Shown here in pieces: positions 9,030 to 18,620 of a stretch of DNA of 64,000 bases. Made by a program: the position numbers and the translations under genes. The stretch's first letter is position 1. The number at the start of each line of letters is the position of its first letter. The DNA is taken from positions 1 to 64,000 of IMG/VR virus record IMGVR_UViG_3300007513_000004; one strand, written 5' to 3'. The notes beneath the pieces are model-generated. The model was given only the letters and a program-made list of their open reading frames with translations, was not told where the DNA came from and made no database searches.

Positions 9030-9500
9030 TTAACTCCTTTGTTTTTCTATAAAAGATTCAATAGAGTCACCCTCTGTAACTCCATCTGGATTAATAATCA
9101 GTACTGGTTTGTCCTGCTTTCTGGCCCGCCTTATCGTAGCCCAAGTGCCAGACCTTACTATCTCTTTTTTCTCCGCTGGTGTTGCTACGATAATATCAAC
9201 ACTATTAACAATTTCTTGATTTCTAGCCAAATAAGATAAAGGCTTTCTAGATTCATCGGCAGAACAAAAGGCTCGTTTTGCCTTCTTCTTGGGAGGATGA
9301 AGAACGGTTTTTACAGGACTGTCAAGATACTTCGCTAGAGCTAAAACAGAATCATGAGCATCTTTGTCGGCACCAACACAATCGCCATGATGAAACTCTG
9401 CAAAGCCAATAGAGTCTAGCTCTATTATAACTGCATCAAATATTAGCTTTTGAGAATCAGTCATTCCTTTTTGCGTTCCAGTGAATCCTACTTTATACAT
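9030..9500 (-). CDS. SLOG superfamily (DprA/Smf/YpsA-like) nucleotide-binding protein
   Basis: VGFTGTQ, HHGDCVGAD, YLARNQEIV, SGTWATIR motifs. Confidence 0.8.
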   Translation of the reverse strand: MYKVGFTGTQKGMTDSQKLIFDAVIIELDSIGFAEFHHGDCVGADKDAHDSVLALAKYLDSPVKTVLHPPKKKAKRAFCSADESRKPLSYLARNQEIVNSVDIIVATPAEKKEIVRSGTWATIRRARKQDKPVLIINPDGVTEGDSIESFIEKQRS

Positions 9501-10110
9501 ACTTTTCACCCAGAAGTTTTCTAAGCTCAACAACGGGAAAGGGGTGGCTATCAACCCGAAGATTAACAGTAGGACATTCTTCTTTCGAATAAATGATTAA
9601 TGCAGCAGACCTAAAGTCTCCACCGCGTTTATCTCCACCGCGTTTATCTCCAGCTTCAAGAGCAAGCATTAACCTTTCCTTTAAAGATAAATCGCCAGTA
9701 CTTTGAAATACATCATACATATCCTTGATTACATCTTCGCTTGTAAGCAGGTTTCCTTGAACAGAAATATTTTTATCATTTATATGTCCAGACCATTCAA
9801 AACAATCTTTGCCAGTCCAAGCACACGAGTTTCCATTGTTATCCACTATGCCAAGCTGTCTCTTGTCTTTGTCTTTATCTTTTTCCAAAACAACCTCTAA
9901 AACCTCTTCGACTCTTTTGCCTTTAGCCAAAAGCTTCAACCCATCAACTCCTAGTCTTTGGTTCAACAATGACTGAACAGAGATTGCTCCCAATTCAGCC
10001 TTTACATAAGGACATAGTGAGCCAACATTGGGTACTGCCGTAGAAACAGCAATGCCCAACTGGCCTGTTTTGTCGCATCTTGCACATATTGAAAAGGTAT
10101 TTAACTCCAT
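9493..10110 (-). CDS. DUF1028-type Ntn-hydrolase-like protein
   Basis: TFSICARCDKTGQLGIAVST...GAISVQS...QGNLL...GGD.RSAAL. Confidence 0.85.
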   Translation of the reverse strand: MELNTFSICARCDKTGQLGIAVSTAVPNVGSLCPYVKAELGAISVQSLLNQRLGVDGLKLLAKGKRVEEVLEVVLEKDKDKDKRQLGIVDNNGNSCAWTGKDCFEWSGHINDKNISVQGNLLTSEDVIKDMYDVFQSTGDLSLKERLMLALEAGDKRGGDKRGGDFRSAALIIYSKEECPTVNLRVDSHPFPVVELRKLLGEKYV

Positions 10111-10121
10111 ATTGATTAAAA

Positions 10122-10322
10122 TTATACTTTACTATCTACATCTTCTTCAATCAATTCAGCAGTCCAACTATCAGTATCGGTACAATCAACAAACTCCATA
10201 GAGTTATCTACCCACCGACCATTGCCACTCGCAGCTTGGTCAATAGCATCTATTTCATCCAGGGCTTCAACCTCTATTTGAATCTGATGAATTTCTAAAA
10301 CATAAACTGTATACTTATTCAT
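10122..10322 (-). CDS. hypothetical protein
   Basis: ORF. Confidence 0.65.
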   Translation of the reverse strand: MNKYTVYVLEIHQIQIEVEALDEIDAIDQAASGNGRWVDNSMEFVDCTDTDSWTAELIEEDVDSKV

Positions 10323-10355
10323 TTTAACCTCACGGAATGAAATCTTTTCATTTAA

Positions 10356-10766
10356 CTATAAAAGAATATTGTCTGTATATGGCCTTAGGGTTTCAATTGC
10401 AATTCCAAACAGCATCCATGCAGGATAATGCTTTAAGCTTATGATGCCTTTCCAGTTATATTTTATATCTGAATAATCCCAAAGCTTTCGTTTTGTTGGA
10501 AGTCCGATAACTAATTCGACAGCCCATACCCAAAGAGGATATGAAATCCACCTTAATAAGCTTCCGCCACTAATTAATGACATTGTGTAAAAAATAAAAT
10601 CCAAACCATATGTCAGTCCAAAGCCATAAATAGGAAGCATCCATATAGATGCCGTGCCCTTTAAAGATAAGTCTCTATCCCCATTTGAAAAAAATACTCT
10701 AAAAGCATTAAATACAATCTCGACAGCTATTCCTATTGTTGCATATAAAAATATGGACGCAATCAT
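10356..10766 (-). CDS. putative ABC-transporter type IV-like membrane protein
   Basis: GIAVEIV...PIYG...ELVIG...WDYS...KGIISL. Confidence 0.75.
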   Translation of the reverse strand: MIASIFLYATIGIAVEIVFNAFRVFFSNGDRDLSLKGTASIWMLPIYGFGLTYGLDFIFYTMSLISGGSLLRWISYPLWVWAVELVIGLPTKRKLWDYSDIKYNWKGIISLKHYPAWMLFGIAIETLRPYTDNILL

Positions 10767-10789
10767 TCTATAATAGACCCCTTTGTATA

Positions 10790-10865
10790 TGGAGCGGGGA
10801 ACGGGAATCGAACCCGCAACATTCAGCTTGGAAGGCTGATACTCTACCTATTGAGTTATCCCCGC
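10790..10865 (-). tRNA. tRNA-Gly(TCC)
   Basis: full cloverleaf, anticodon loop CT-TCC-AA, encoded CCA. Confidence 0.96.
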
Positions 10866-10870
10866 ACAAT

Positions 10871-11101
10871 TTAACATTTTCTAACCGTTAGTGTAACTTT
10901 TCTTGTAGCTTCAATCATATATCCATCGTGTCTATATGAGAACTTATCTGTTTCGTTTGAATAGCTAATTGAGACTTGATTTGGGGTACGATTTGCTTGG
11001 TCTTTTATTAGTGACGTTAAGTCTTCCGTAACCCCAACCTCATGAAGCTCCTGCGAAAAACGCCGCATAAGCTCTTCATATTTTTCTTTACTCATTTCCA
11101 T
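10871..11101 (-). CDS. hypothetical protein
   Basis: ORF coupled to upstream gene. Confidence 0.65.
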   Translation of the reverse strand: MEMSKEKYEELMRRFSQELHEVGVTEDLTSLIKDQANRTPNQVSISYSNETDKFSYRHDGYMIEATRKVTLTVRKC

Positions 11102-11544
11102 TATATACTCTTAAATAGATATTCAAAATTTGCAGTAGTTTCATTTACTTGCAATTCAATTGCATCATTTCGCAGATGAAACTTGCGAGCCATTTCTGTC
11201 AATGGAGATAGGGTGACAACTCTTGAGATATTATTTTTTTCCATCAAAAGTAATGCTTGATTTATAATTTCTCTACCGGCACCCTTCTGATAGCTCCAAA
11301 CCGTATAAGGAACAGCTATGTTTCCATCGACAGAAGTTAGCACCCCCATTGATACAATGTTCTTTGGAACGTCTGTAGTATAGGCTATGCACATAAAGGC
11401 TTTATACTCTCCATCTTCGCCCCTTAATCCAAAGACTTCTCTGCCAGCCTTCGTTCTAAACTCAACATTCAAACCGGGCCTGACCGGGTCTTTGTTAAAC
11501 CAAGCATCAATATTTTCTGTTACATTTTCAAGTGTATAATTCAT
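11101..11544 (-). CDS. hypothetical protein, possible acyltransferase-like fold
   Basis: YTVWSY.KGAGREII...VTLSPLTEMARKFHLRN. Confidence 0.7.
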   Translation of the reverse strand: MNYTLENVTENIDAWFNKDPVRPGLNVEFRTKAGREVFGLRGEDGEYKAFMCIAYTTDVPKNIVSMGVLTSVDGNIAVPYTVWSYQKGAGREIINQALLLMEKNNISRVVTLSPLTEMARKFHLRNDAIELQVNETTANFEYLFKSI

Positions 11545-11795
11545 TTTTGCTTCTTATCGTAACTTTCCTTTGCCTGACCACCCAATGCTCCAATTGAGCC
11601 AAGGAAGTCATGCAACTTTTCATCGCCTGTCTTTGAGCCGGTAAAGTATCCTGGGTTAATGCGAACAACATCAGGTGCGTTTGGCATTTTGCCAGTCTGC
11701 ATATTCCTTTGTATTTCTTCGTCTGTATCACCATAAGGTGACCACCAGCCTCCACCGGGTTGAAGAATCTTTCCATCTGGTCCCATCACACTCAT
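11541..11795 (-). CDS. hypothetical protein
   Basis: ORF with ATGA overlaps. Confidence 0.65.
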   Translation of the reverse strand: MSVMGPDGKILQPGGGWWSPYGDTDEEIQRNMQTGKMPNAPDVVRINPGYFTGSKTGDEKLHDFLGSIGALGGQAKESYDKKQK

Positions 11796-11977
11796 TTCAT
11801 ACCTCGTATTTCTTTAATCTTTCTACAGATTCTGTGATTTAATACTGCAACTTCTTTTGCTTCATAAGAAGGATGATCAATCATTAACCAGCATAGCAGG
11901 TGATTGACTTCCTCTAGAAGCTCTATATCTTTGTTGGTAGACAAACATGGTTTATCTTGTATATTACGGCTTTCCAT
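11792..11977 (-). CDS. hypothetical protein
   Basis: ORF tiling. Confidence 0.55.
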   Translation of the reverse strand: MESRNIQDKPCLSTNKDIELLEEVNHLLCWLMIDHPSYEAKEVAVLNHRICRKIKEIRGMK

Positions 11978-12224
11978 CGAATCTCTCTTCGTCAGAAAAT
12001 AACCATCCCTTTGCTTTGGTATTCTCCATCAATTCATCATATTCATTTTTAGATATACTTCCAACATATACTATGCCAATATATTTATTAGCCGAACCAT
12101 CGAAGCCAACCTCTTCTATCTTTATGTCTTCAACAAGCTTCTTGAAGAAGGTTTCTAAATAAGAAAACTCATGATAGTCATCACAATCAATCCTAATTGG
12201 CAATTCTATTGTATACTTGCTCAT
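11964..12224 (-). CDS. hypothetical protein
   Basis: ORF tiling. Confidence 0.65.
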   Translation of the reverse strand: MSKYTIELPIRIDCDDYHEFSYLETFFKKLVEDIKIEEVGFDGSANKYIGIVYVGSISKNEYDELMENTKAKGWLFSDEERFDGKP

Positions 12225-12605
12225 TTATATTTCTTTCCGGTTCGACTTGAACCTTCTATCATATTGTCTCAGAACGTTTACTAAGCCAAACTTATCATTT
12301 TCAAACACTTTGGTCTTTACTTTGCCTCTTGGTGTATCAATATATTCTCTTATTAGATCAGATATATCTGGAACATCCTCTTCCCATTCGTAAGGATATA
12401 CCTCAAAGTCTCCTGGGTAATCCCAAACAGTCTCTTTGGTTTTGCCCTTACCTATTGTAACCCAATAGCGAGGAATCTGTGGACTAGATGATTGAGACTT
12501 TGGCATCCTATATGCTCTACAATGAATCTGAAAGTTATCGCTTCTATCCATCAGGTTGTAGACAGCTTTCTGTAGTTTGCTCCAACGCTTCACTTTTCCT
12601 TCCAA
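12225..12605 (-). CDS. hypothetical protein (RWSKLQ...QIHC...PRYW...WDYP family)
   Basis: motifs resemble a conserved bacterial hypothetical family. Confidence 0.7.
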   Translation of the reverse strand: MEGKVKRWSKLQKAVYNLMDRSDNFQIHCRAYRMPKSQSSSPQIPRYWVTIGKGKTKETVWDYPGDFEVYPYEWEEDVPDISDLIREYIDTPRGKVKTKVFENDKFGLVNVLRQYDRRFKSNRKEI

Positions 12606-12637
12606 TAAGAATGATTCTTCTGCCTCATTCTGTGACT

Positions 12638-12895
12638 CTATAATTGATCTTTCTTCTGCATGATGTAGTCTGGAGCGTGTTCTAATTCATCTTCAAGCAC
12701 GGTTGCTGTGCAGAAGTTCCATACGGCTTGCAACTCTTGAATGTAGGGCTTTCTGCCCCATGCTTCTTCGTATTCTTTGATAACTTCTTCTATAGCATTG
12801 CCAAGAATATCTGCTGGACCATCACCATTGTATAAGCCTATGTTTCCAAACGGAGATATGCCTCCGTTTTTATCAGTAATTGACCACCATCCCAT
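12638..12895 (-). CDS. hypothetical protein
   Basis: ORF with GGAG SD. Confidence 0.7.
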   Translation of the reverse strand: MGWWSITDKNGGISPFGNIGLYNGDGPADILGNAIEEVIKEYEEAWGRKPYIQELQAVWNFCTATVLEDELEHAPDYIMQKKDQL

Positions 12896-12909
12896 TGTTT
12901 TCTCCCGTT

Positions 12910-13095
12910 CTATTCTCCAGGCATTTCGCCTTTAATGCAACACTCGCCATGAGATCCGTTTGGACATAGGTAAGTCCAAATGTCTAATTTTTTAGACAAG
13001 AAGATTGTTCCCTCTGGAAACGTAGCTCCAAGAATATTTGAGTGCCACTTTTCAGTTAAGCGAACTAGCGTTTTCTTGTTTTTAGTGATTTTCAA
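12910..13095 (-). CDS. hypothetical protein
   Basis: ORF. Confidence 0.55.
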   Translation of the reverse strand: MKITKNKKTLVRLTEKWHSNILGATFPEGTIFLSKKLDIWTYLCPNGSHGECCIKGEMPGE

Positions 13096-13131
13096 TTTAT
13101 TATCCCTCTGCCTCTTCCCTCTCTATTTTAA

Positions 13132-13208
13132 TGGTCGGGGTAGCTGGATTTGAACCAACGACCCTCTGCTCCCAAAGCAGATGCGCTGCCAGACTGCGCT
13201 ATACCCCG
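13132..13208 (-). tRNA. tRNA-Pro(TGG)
   Basis: full cloverleaf, loop TT-TGG-GA, CCA end. Confidence 0.96.
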
Positions 13209-13212
13209 TTAT

Positions 13213-13479
13213 CTAACCACCCTTGCAATACCACCAGCCATTGTTGGTCGAAAAAGAAACAACATCTTCTATCTCATGCTCCTCTGTATGCAGGGTGATT
13301 GTGCTAACAATGTTGTCAATTAAACTTATAGTCTGTTCAGAATTGCCGCCGGACCAAAAATCTGTATCTTCGATGCCACAAGCAAAAGCTTCAAGAATCT
13401 GAACAAGCATTTCTGATTCCTCCCTATCTAAAGATAGTTGTATATCATATAGCTTTTCAATATTACTCATACCGGACAC
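13213..13479 (-). CDS. hypothetical protein
   Basis: ORF. Confidence 0.6.
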   Translation of the reverse strand: MSGMSNIEKLYDIQLSLDREESEMLVQILEAFACGIEDTDFWSGGNSEQTISLIDNIVSTITLHTEEHEIEDVVSFSTNNGWWYCKGG

Positions 13480-13778
13480 TCCATATTGTGATCTAATTCG
13501 TCAAAGAAAAAGCCTTGATCATCAGCGTAACCTGACTCTATCCATTCAGTAGGCTCGCCCGCCTCACTCCAACATGCTTCGTGATAACAGCAGCACCCAT
13601 CATCGAAATTAATCTCGTAACAGCCCACTCTGCCATACCCGTCATAACTTCCGTGAATAGGGTCACGCCCAGGCCTGATAAGAACAACATTGTTCATCCA
13701 CGCATTAACTTCATTGGTGGCATAGTTACTAAGCATCGGGTGTCCACACTCATTACAGTTCCAGCTAAAAAATCCCAT
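13467..13778 (-). CDS. hypothetical Cys-containing phage protein
   Basis: MGFFSWNCNECGH...GSYDGYG. Confidence 0.75.
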   Translation of the reverse strand: MGFFSWNCNECGHPMLSNYATNEVNAWMNNVVLIRPGRDPIHGSYDGYGRVGCYEINFDDGCCCYHEACWSEAGEPTEWIESGYADDQGFFFDELDHNMECPV

Positions 13779-13990
13779 TATTTATCCTTGTCGTCCGAAG
13801 GTTCATCAGCATCTTCATTATAAGACTTTTCTAAATTCTGATTTAACCTTTCTAAGTTTTCATTTAACCTTTTAATTTGACCTAGAACAGCCGGAACTGT
13901 TCCTTCAAAAAATCTTTGACCCATTATTGTCTGAAAGAATTTAGGACCCATCATTTTCCTCCCACGGCTTCTCAAGAAACAGCAGTTCAC
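13778..13990 (-). CDS. hypothetical protein (true start probably about 13954)
   Basis: FFQTIMGQRFFEGTVP...coiled coil. Confidence 0.6.
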   Translation of the reverse strand: MNCCFLRSRGRKMMGPKFFQTIMGQRFFEGTVPAVLGQIKRLNENLERLNQNLEKSYNEDADEPSDDKDK

Positions 13991-14156
13991 AAACCTTTCC
14001 TAAGTGTTCTAGAACAGCGGCCTTTTCACCATCCCAAGCTAAAAGCTCTGGAAATGCAGTAATTGACTCATAAATAGTGTTGACGGAACTCTGGCAATCA
14101 TTCTTTGCCATTCCCCGCCAAACGTAACCCATTTTGTACATGAATTCTTCCATCAT
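13941..14156 (-). CDS. hypothetical protein
   Basis: ORF downstream of a CATC-type promoter (14194-14222). Confidence 0.65.
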   Translation of the reverse strand: MMEEFMYKMGYVWRGMAKNDCQSSVNTIYESITAFPELLAWDGEKAAVLEHLGKVCELLFLEKPWEENDGS

Positions 14157-14217
14157 CTTTTATTTTTTGCGAACAATAAACCTCTTCAACTAATTTATAA
14201 GCGATGCAAAAATTGAA

Positions 14218-14487
14218 TTAAATTTCTGCTCCCTCAACCTCTCTTGGTGCAAAACTAGCCTCTGCAAACCACATATCTGATGGGTTTGATTTGTACTCAA
14301 CTTTGTTGAGTTGGTATCTGGTTGTATCATCACCATTCTTTATGATGATGTAATCATCATCAGAAAGCCCTTTTCCCCAACCTGCAAGGCGTAATGATAG
14401 TCCGTTGTTTTCAACATCAATAACCTGGTAATTGTGTCCCCACTCTCTAACGCTATAATCATGTGTACTCATTCTATCTCCTAACAT
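14218..14487 (-). CDS. hypothetical protein
   Basis: ORF. Confidence 0.7.
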   Translation of the reverse strand: MLGDRMSTHDYSVREWGHNYQVIDVENNGLSLRLAGWGKGLSDDDYIIIKNGDDTTRYQLNKVEYKSNPSDMWFAEASFAPREVEGAEI

Positions 14488-14927
14488 TTAAATGAATCAT
14501 AATCAAAATCGGAATGTCCCATTCCATCGAAGATTCCAGAACAATTTAACAAACTTAAAAGATGACACGCATCCGATGGTTCTTCGCCCCAAGACATACC
14601 TCCGGAAAACATATATAATGTATCTTTTAATGTCAGATATGTTACGTCCCGACGATTGTTCAGAATTTCATCTGCCGCCTCTTTGATGCGCCTTCTAACC
14701 ATAGCTCTTATTTTCATAAGATGTAAATCATCTAGTTTATATAAATCATCTTCTTTTAAATCTATTTCTTCTGCATCACTATCTTCATGAAAAAGTAATT
14801 CATCAGCAATCATATCTAAAATATCATTGTTAATATTTTCAATTCGATATTCAACCAAAGGTTTCGCCCTCCTATAAGACGTAGGACATTCGCAATGATA
14901 AAGCAGCATGTCAGCACCCATAATCAC
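14481..14927 (-). CDS. hypothetical protein
   Basis: ORF; SGGMSWGEEP motif. Confidence 0.7.
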   Translation of the reverse strand: MIMGADMLLYHCECPTSYRRAKPLVEYRIENINNDILDMIADELLFHEDSDAEEIDLKEDDLYKLDDLHLMKIRAMVRRRIKEAADEILNNRRDVTYLTLKDTLYMFSGGMSWGEEPSDACHLLSLLNCSGIFDGMGHSDFDYDSFKC

Positions 14928-15145
14928 TCTCCTATAAGTGAGAGGTCAAAAGGATCAACAAACTTTGCTTCATTTCGGTGGCTCACAGGCATTTGTGTAT
15001 CCAAAATGTCAATGATTTCATGACCTGTGATTTCATCATGTTCAAAAGAATAATCCATATCCATAACAACTTCTTGAATAGAATCTTCTGTTTGACCATT
15101 CTTCAAATAAAGTTTTACACTAACATAAACATATGTATCTTCCAT
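14924..15145 (-). CDS. hypothetical protein
   Basis: ORF with GGAG SD. Confidence 0.7.
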   Translation of the reverse strand: MEDTYVYVSVKLYLKNGQTEDSIQEVVMDMDYSFEHDEITGHEIIDILDTQMPVSHRNEAKFVDPFDLSLIGE

Positions 15146-15327
15146 CTTAATACTCCTTAGACTGCTTGCTTCTTTTCTTCAAGCGGCAAAACTTCTGTAA
15201 TATTCCATTCTGGATGGACTTCGTTAAATATTTCCATTATTCGCTTTGCGGTATAATCAATTGCCTCTATAGTGTGTTCTGTTTCAACATCGTTGTTTAG
15301 AACTTTAATTATCCATTTATTCATACT

Positions 15328-16023
15328 TCACTTAACCCCAAGAGTTTTCTTCTCTTTTTTAGAAAGAGTTTTTAATATGACCCTTTTGTTAGAGGACAAA
15401 AGTTTATCAACCCATTCTGGATTTTTACATACATAAAACGAGTAAGCGGCATCCTCCCACTCTTCCAGAGAGGCTTCAAACCATACTCCATCGGTATCTC
15501 GCCTAACAAGAAAGGTTGAAGAATCCTCGGTTTCAATAAGGTTGGGACTCTTCTCGTCTACCCTCCAAGGGGGGCGCTTATCTTTCGGCTCTCTAAGGGT
15601 TCCTTTTTCATCTACATAAAAGGTCCAGTCGCTCTTGTAAAGAGGAGACAGTCCGCCATAACCTGTGCGGTGTGGCTTTCCATCTTTAAAGACAGGGTTG
15701 CGTTCGACAAAGTCAAATAGATGTTGAAAGATATGGTCCTGCACAATACCTCTGCGGTCCATGTTCTCACATATTTCAGAATAAACCTTGTTCCAAGGAC
15801 GGCCACAATTCTTTTTTAAAAACCTAACAAGTGGCTTGAGATATTCGTTAAATTGCTTTCTTTCGTCCCACCTGCGAGACTTTGGCTTCATAGAAGAATT
15901 GCGAGGAAGGCTGTCATAGTCTCCTTCTCTCGATTTTCTTCTTGCTTCCTTAACCTCTCTATTCTTCATACTAGACCCAACGCGGGGCGTAGTAACAAGA
16001 AGCTTGTCCATATCTTTACGCAT
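15328..16023 (-). CDS. hypothetical protein (MRxDMxK...GRPWNKVYSEIC family)
   Basis: resembles a conserved bacterial hypothetical family. Confidence 0.75.
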   Translation of the reverse strand: MRKDMDKLLVTTPRVGSSMKNREVKEARRKSREGDYDSLPRNSSMKPKSRRWDERKQFNEYLKPLVRFLKKNCGRPWNKVYSEICENMDRRGIVQDHIFQHLFDFVERNPVFKDGKPHRTGYGGLSPLYKSDWTFYVDEKGTLREPKDKRPPWRVDEKSPNLIETEDSSTFLVRRDTDGVWFEASLEEWEDAAYSFYVCKNPEWVDKLLSSNKRVILKTLSKKEKKTLGVK

Positions 16024-16031
16024 TGTAAACC

Positions 16032-16235
16032 TTACTTGTAATAACCAATGCCTTTGAAGTTAAAATTACCTGAGCGCACAGCATTTAACTCTGCCTCTTT
16101 AGCCTCATCATATCGAGGGTGTTCTGTTTCTCTCTCCGAACAGTCTGTGCATATTAATCTTTCATCAAACCAAGACATAGAATACATGCTTGTTTTTACG
16201 CCACAACATTGACAAGAGCCTTTCCATTCAGTCAT
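16032..16235 (-). CDS. small Zn-finger protein
   Basis: CQCCG...ICTDC. Confidence 0.7.
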   Translation of the reverse strand: MTEWKGSCQCCGVKTSMYSMSWFDERLICTDCSERETEHPRYDEAKEAELNAVRSGNFNFKGIGYYK

Positions 16236-16244
16236 TTTATTTCC

Positions 16245-16454
16245 TTAGATTTCCGACTCTTCAAGTTCTGCTTTAAACTCTAATCTCAAACAGCCTTTTG
16301 TCATTTTAATCTTTGGCTTATCGTTATTTAGATAGCAGGCCAAAGAGCATGTTTCCACTGTTGATTTAGATCTAGATAGCCAACAAACTATCGCTTCGGT
16401 TAATTCCTCTTCTGAAAGAAGGATGGTTATAGTATTTTCTTTTATGACTTTCAT
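16245..16454 (-). CDS. hypothetical protein
   Basis: ORF. Confidence 0.6.
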   Translation of the reverse strand: MKVIKENTITILLSEEELTEAIVCWLSRSKSTVETCSLACYLNNDKPKIKMTKGCLRLEFKAELEESEI

Positions 16455-16470
16455 TGTTATATTAAATTTA

Positions 16471-16545
16471 TGGAGCCACCTGTCAGACTTGAACTGACGA
16501 CCTGATGCTTACAAAGCAACTGCTCTACCACTGAGCTAAGGTGGC
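16471..16545 (-). tRNA. tRNA-Thr(TGT)
   Basis: cloverleaf, loop TT-TGT-AA, CCA end. Confidence 0.95.
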
Positions 16546-16547
16546 AG

Positions 16548-16817
16548 CTACATTACAACTTCTTTAAGCCATTCTCTATTCTTATTCTTAAATCTAATAC
16601 TGCCATCTTTTTGCCTAACAGCGTATCCTTTCCAGAAGCAAGCCTTAAGATTTCTCAAGCTCTTTATATCAATCCGAGAAGCCATAAGGTTATTGGAACA
16701 ATGAACCATTGATTCTGCTCCAGATTTAGATGATTCAAGATTCCATTTTATTATGGAACCGCAATCTGGACATTTGTTGTTCCAGCTTTTTGGTTCATCA
16801 TCATAATTGAATGTCAT
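16548..16817 (-). CDS. hypothetical Cys-containing protein
   Basis: ORF; CPDCG. Confidence 0.65.
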   Translation of the reverse strand: MTFNYDDEPKSWNNKCPDCGSIIKWNLESSKSGAESMVHCSNNLMASRIDIKSLRNLKACFWKGYAVRQKDGSIRFKNKNREWLKEVVM

Positions 16818-17174
16818 TTAAAATTGTGCGTCCTGTCTTATCTCATCAAATACTGGCCATGAATGATAAAGATAATCCTCTACCCAGCTTGCAACACGGG
16901 GTTCGTGTCCTCCGATGTGCCACTCTGTAATCTCTTCAACTGGAAGTCCGGTTGTTCCGCAATAATTCTTGCCATTCTTCCAGTTATAAATGGTTGCAAC
17001 GAGCCCCCCTTCAAATTCAATTTGCCACTCTGCATCTGTTTTATAATTATCATACGATCCAGATGGTTCTCCAAGTTTTTCAACGAGAAGATGATAGCTA
17101 ACTGTAATCCCCCTCAAATAGCATGACCCATTAATACTTATATCTTCATCGTTTATGCGAACAATCTTAGGCAA
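16818..17174 (-). CDS. conserved-type phage hypothetical protein
   Basis: KTDAEW...VATIYNWK...EWHIGG. Confidence 0.75.
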   Translation of the reverse strand: MPKIVRINDEDISINGSCYLRGITVSYHLLVEKLGEPSGSYDNYKTDAEWQIEFEGGLVATIYNWKNGKNYCGTTGLPVEEITEWHIGGHEPRVASWVEDYLYHSWPVFDEIRQDAQF

Positions 17175-17264
17175 AACAAGCTCCTATTAAATCTCTAATG
17201 GCCGCTTTAGCCGCCTTCTTTATAATCATTGTATAAATTACAATGATTATTAATATCCAAAAAA

Positions 17265-17486
17265 TCATTTTATTATTTTCCACCCAAATGCTTGCCACAA
17301 TTTTTCATCTGGTTTACAAGCACTTTCTAGAGTTACATATCTTACGTTGCTATAAGCGGTAGGGGTTAATCTTGTTACACTAAACGGAATAGAGCTATAG
17401 TCATTTATAGACAACGGATAACACTTCTGAGTTGTTAACAGCGTTGATGGAAACTCTCCCCTTCCACAAACAACAAACCTATACAT
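17265..17486 (-). CDS. hypothetical protein (paralogue of 7799-8062)
   Basis: FVVCGRGEFP...LWQAFGW. Confidence 0.7.
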   Translation of the reverse strand: MYRFVVCGRGEFPSTLLTTQKCYPLSINDYSSIPFSVTRLTPTAYSNVRYVTLESACKPDEKLWQAFGWKIIK

Positions 17487-17611
17487 GAGCTATAGACGGC
17501 CCACGCATAGGTTGTGTGTTAATATTGATGATGCTTTATTCATGATAATGAACAATTATATATATTCCAATCATTATTACAAATGACCAAATAAAAGCTA
17601 TTAACATTAAA

Positions 17612-17687
17612 TGGCTCCCCGAGCAGGACTTGAACCTACGACAAGGTGGTTAACAGCCACCTGCTCTACCAACTGAGCTATCGGGGA
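17612..17687 (-). tRNA. tRNA-Asn(GTT)
   Basis: cloverleaf, loop CT-GTT-AA, CCA end. Confidence 0.96.
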
Positions 17688-17692
17688 ATATA

Positions 17693-17884
17693 TCAATCAA
17701 AGCGAACCTTTTTAAGTCTTGGGTCGGCCTCTCTGCCGGTTCTATAGGGAGGTCTTTCTTCTCCCAACATATATCCCAACTCTTTTTCAAGACCTGCTGT
17801 TGACTTCCCTTTCTTTTCAAATTTGCGAATCTTGCTACTGATACGCCGAATATGTTGATTTTTTCTTTGCGCTTTACTACCCAT
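17693..17884 (-). CDS. small basic protein (paralogue of 44809-44988)
   Basis: KAQRKNQHIRRISSKIRKFEKKG.STAGLEKELG. Confidence 0.8.
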   Translation of the reverse strand: MGSKAQRKNQHIRRISSKIRKFEKKGKSTAGLEKELGYMLGEERPPYRTGREADPRLKKVRFD

Positions 17885-18018
17885 GATTTTTCCTTATTAA
17901 CTAAATTTAACTGCTGGCACCCGCCCGTCAATTCTTATCCAACCAAAATAACAATTGACAACACCAACTTTCCGCTCCTTCTGTATCAAAATATTGAGCG
18001 ACAACACTTTGAATAAAA

Positions 18019-18096
18019 TGGTAGGGCTACTCGGACTTGAACCGAGAACCTACTGCTTATGAGGCAGTTGCTCTAACCTGATTGAGCTATAGCCCT
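18019..18096 (-). tRNA. tRNA-Met/Ile2(CAT), non-initiator
   Basis: cloverleaf, loop CT-CAT-AA, no GGG/CCC anticodon stem, CCA end. Confidence 0.9.
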
Positions 18097-18127
18097 ATAT
18101 AGTATGTTTTAAACATCATAAATTTTT

Positions 18128-18203
18128 TGGTGAGCCGTATAGGACTCGAACCTATAACCTAAAGATTAAAAGTCTTTTGCTCTGCCTGTTGAGCTAACGG
18201 CCC
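18128..18203 (-). tRNA. tRNA-Lys(TTT)
   Basis: cloverleaf, loop CT-TTT-AA, CCA end. Confidence 0.96.
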
Positions 18204-18241
18204 ATATTGTATACATACCATGCTGATTGACAACCAAATCT

Positions 18242-18463
18242 TTAGACAAATTTAGCTAAGTCAACAAGACTGGATCGCAACAGCGGTACAGCAGATGTTT
18301 CACAAACTACTTGCTCTGGAGGGTTTCCGTGCGTAATAACACAGCCGCCTTCTGCTCCAAAGCTTTCAATCTTGTGAATTCTGTCCACAGCAATAAGCAC
18401 AGTGTCCCGCTCTTTGTTGCCCAACAGTTTAGACCTTGTTTCTACTTTTAAAAATAAACTCAT
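18242..18463 (-). CDS. hypothetical protein
   Basis: ORF downstream of a CATC-type promoter (18500-18528). Confidence 0.7.
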   Translation of the reverse strand: MSLFLKVETRSKLLGNKERDTVLIAVDRIHKIESFGAEGGCVITHGNPPEQVVCETSAVPLLRSSLVDLAKFV

Positions 18464-18620
18464 TCGTTGTTTCCCTCTGGATATATTTCTGCCTATGTAT
18501 TCATAGGCGATGCAAAAATCGAATTTAAAAATTTAGTACCCACAAATTATAAAATTGCTTTGCCGGAAGTTTGGTTATACTAATTTAGTTACAAATATTG
18601 TAAGTTATTTAGGAGGAGTG

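Noticed and set aside
2412-12447. TTTTGCCC at 2412 and 12440 as boxes
   Set aside because: Inside coding sequence and lacking the TGTnAAA half; likely chance
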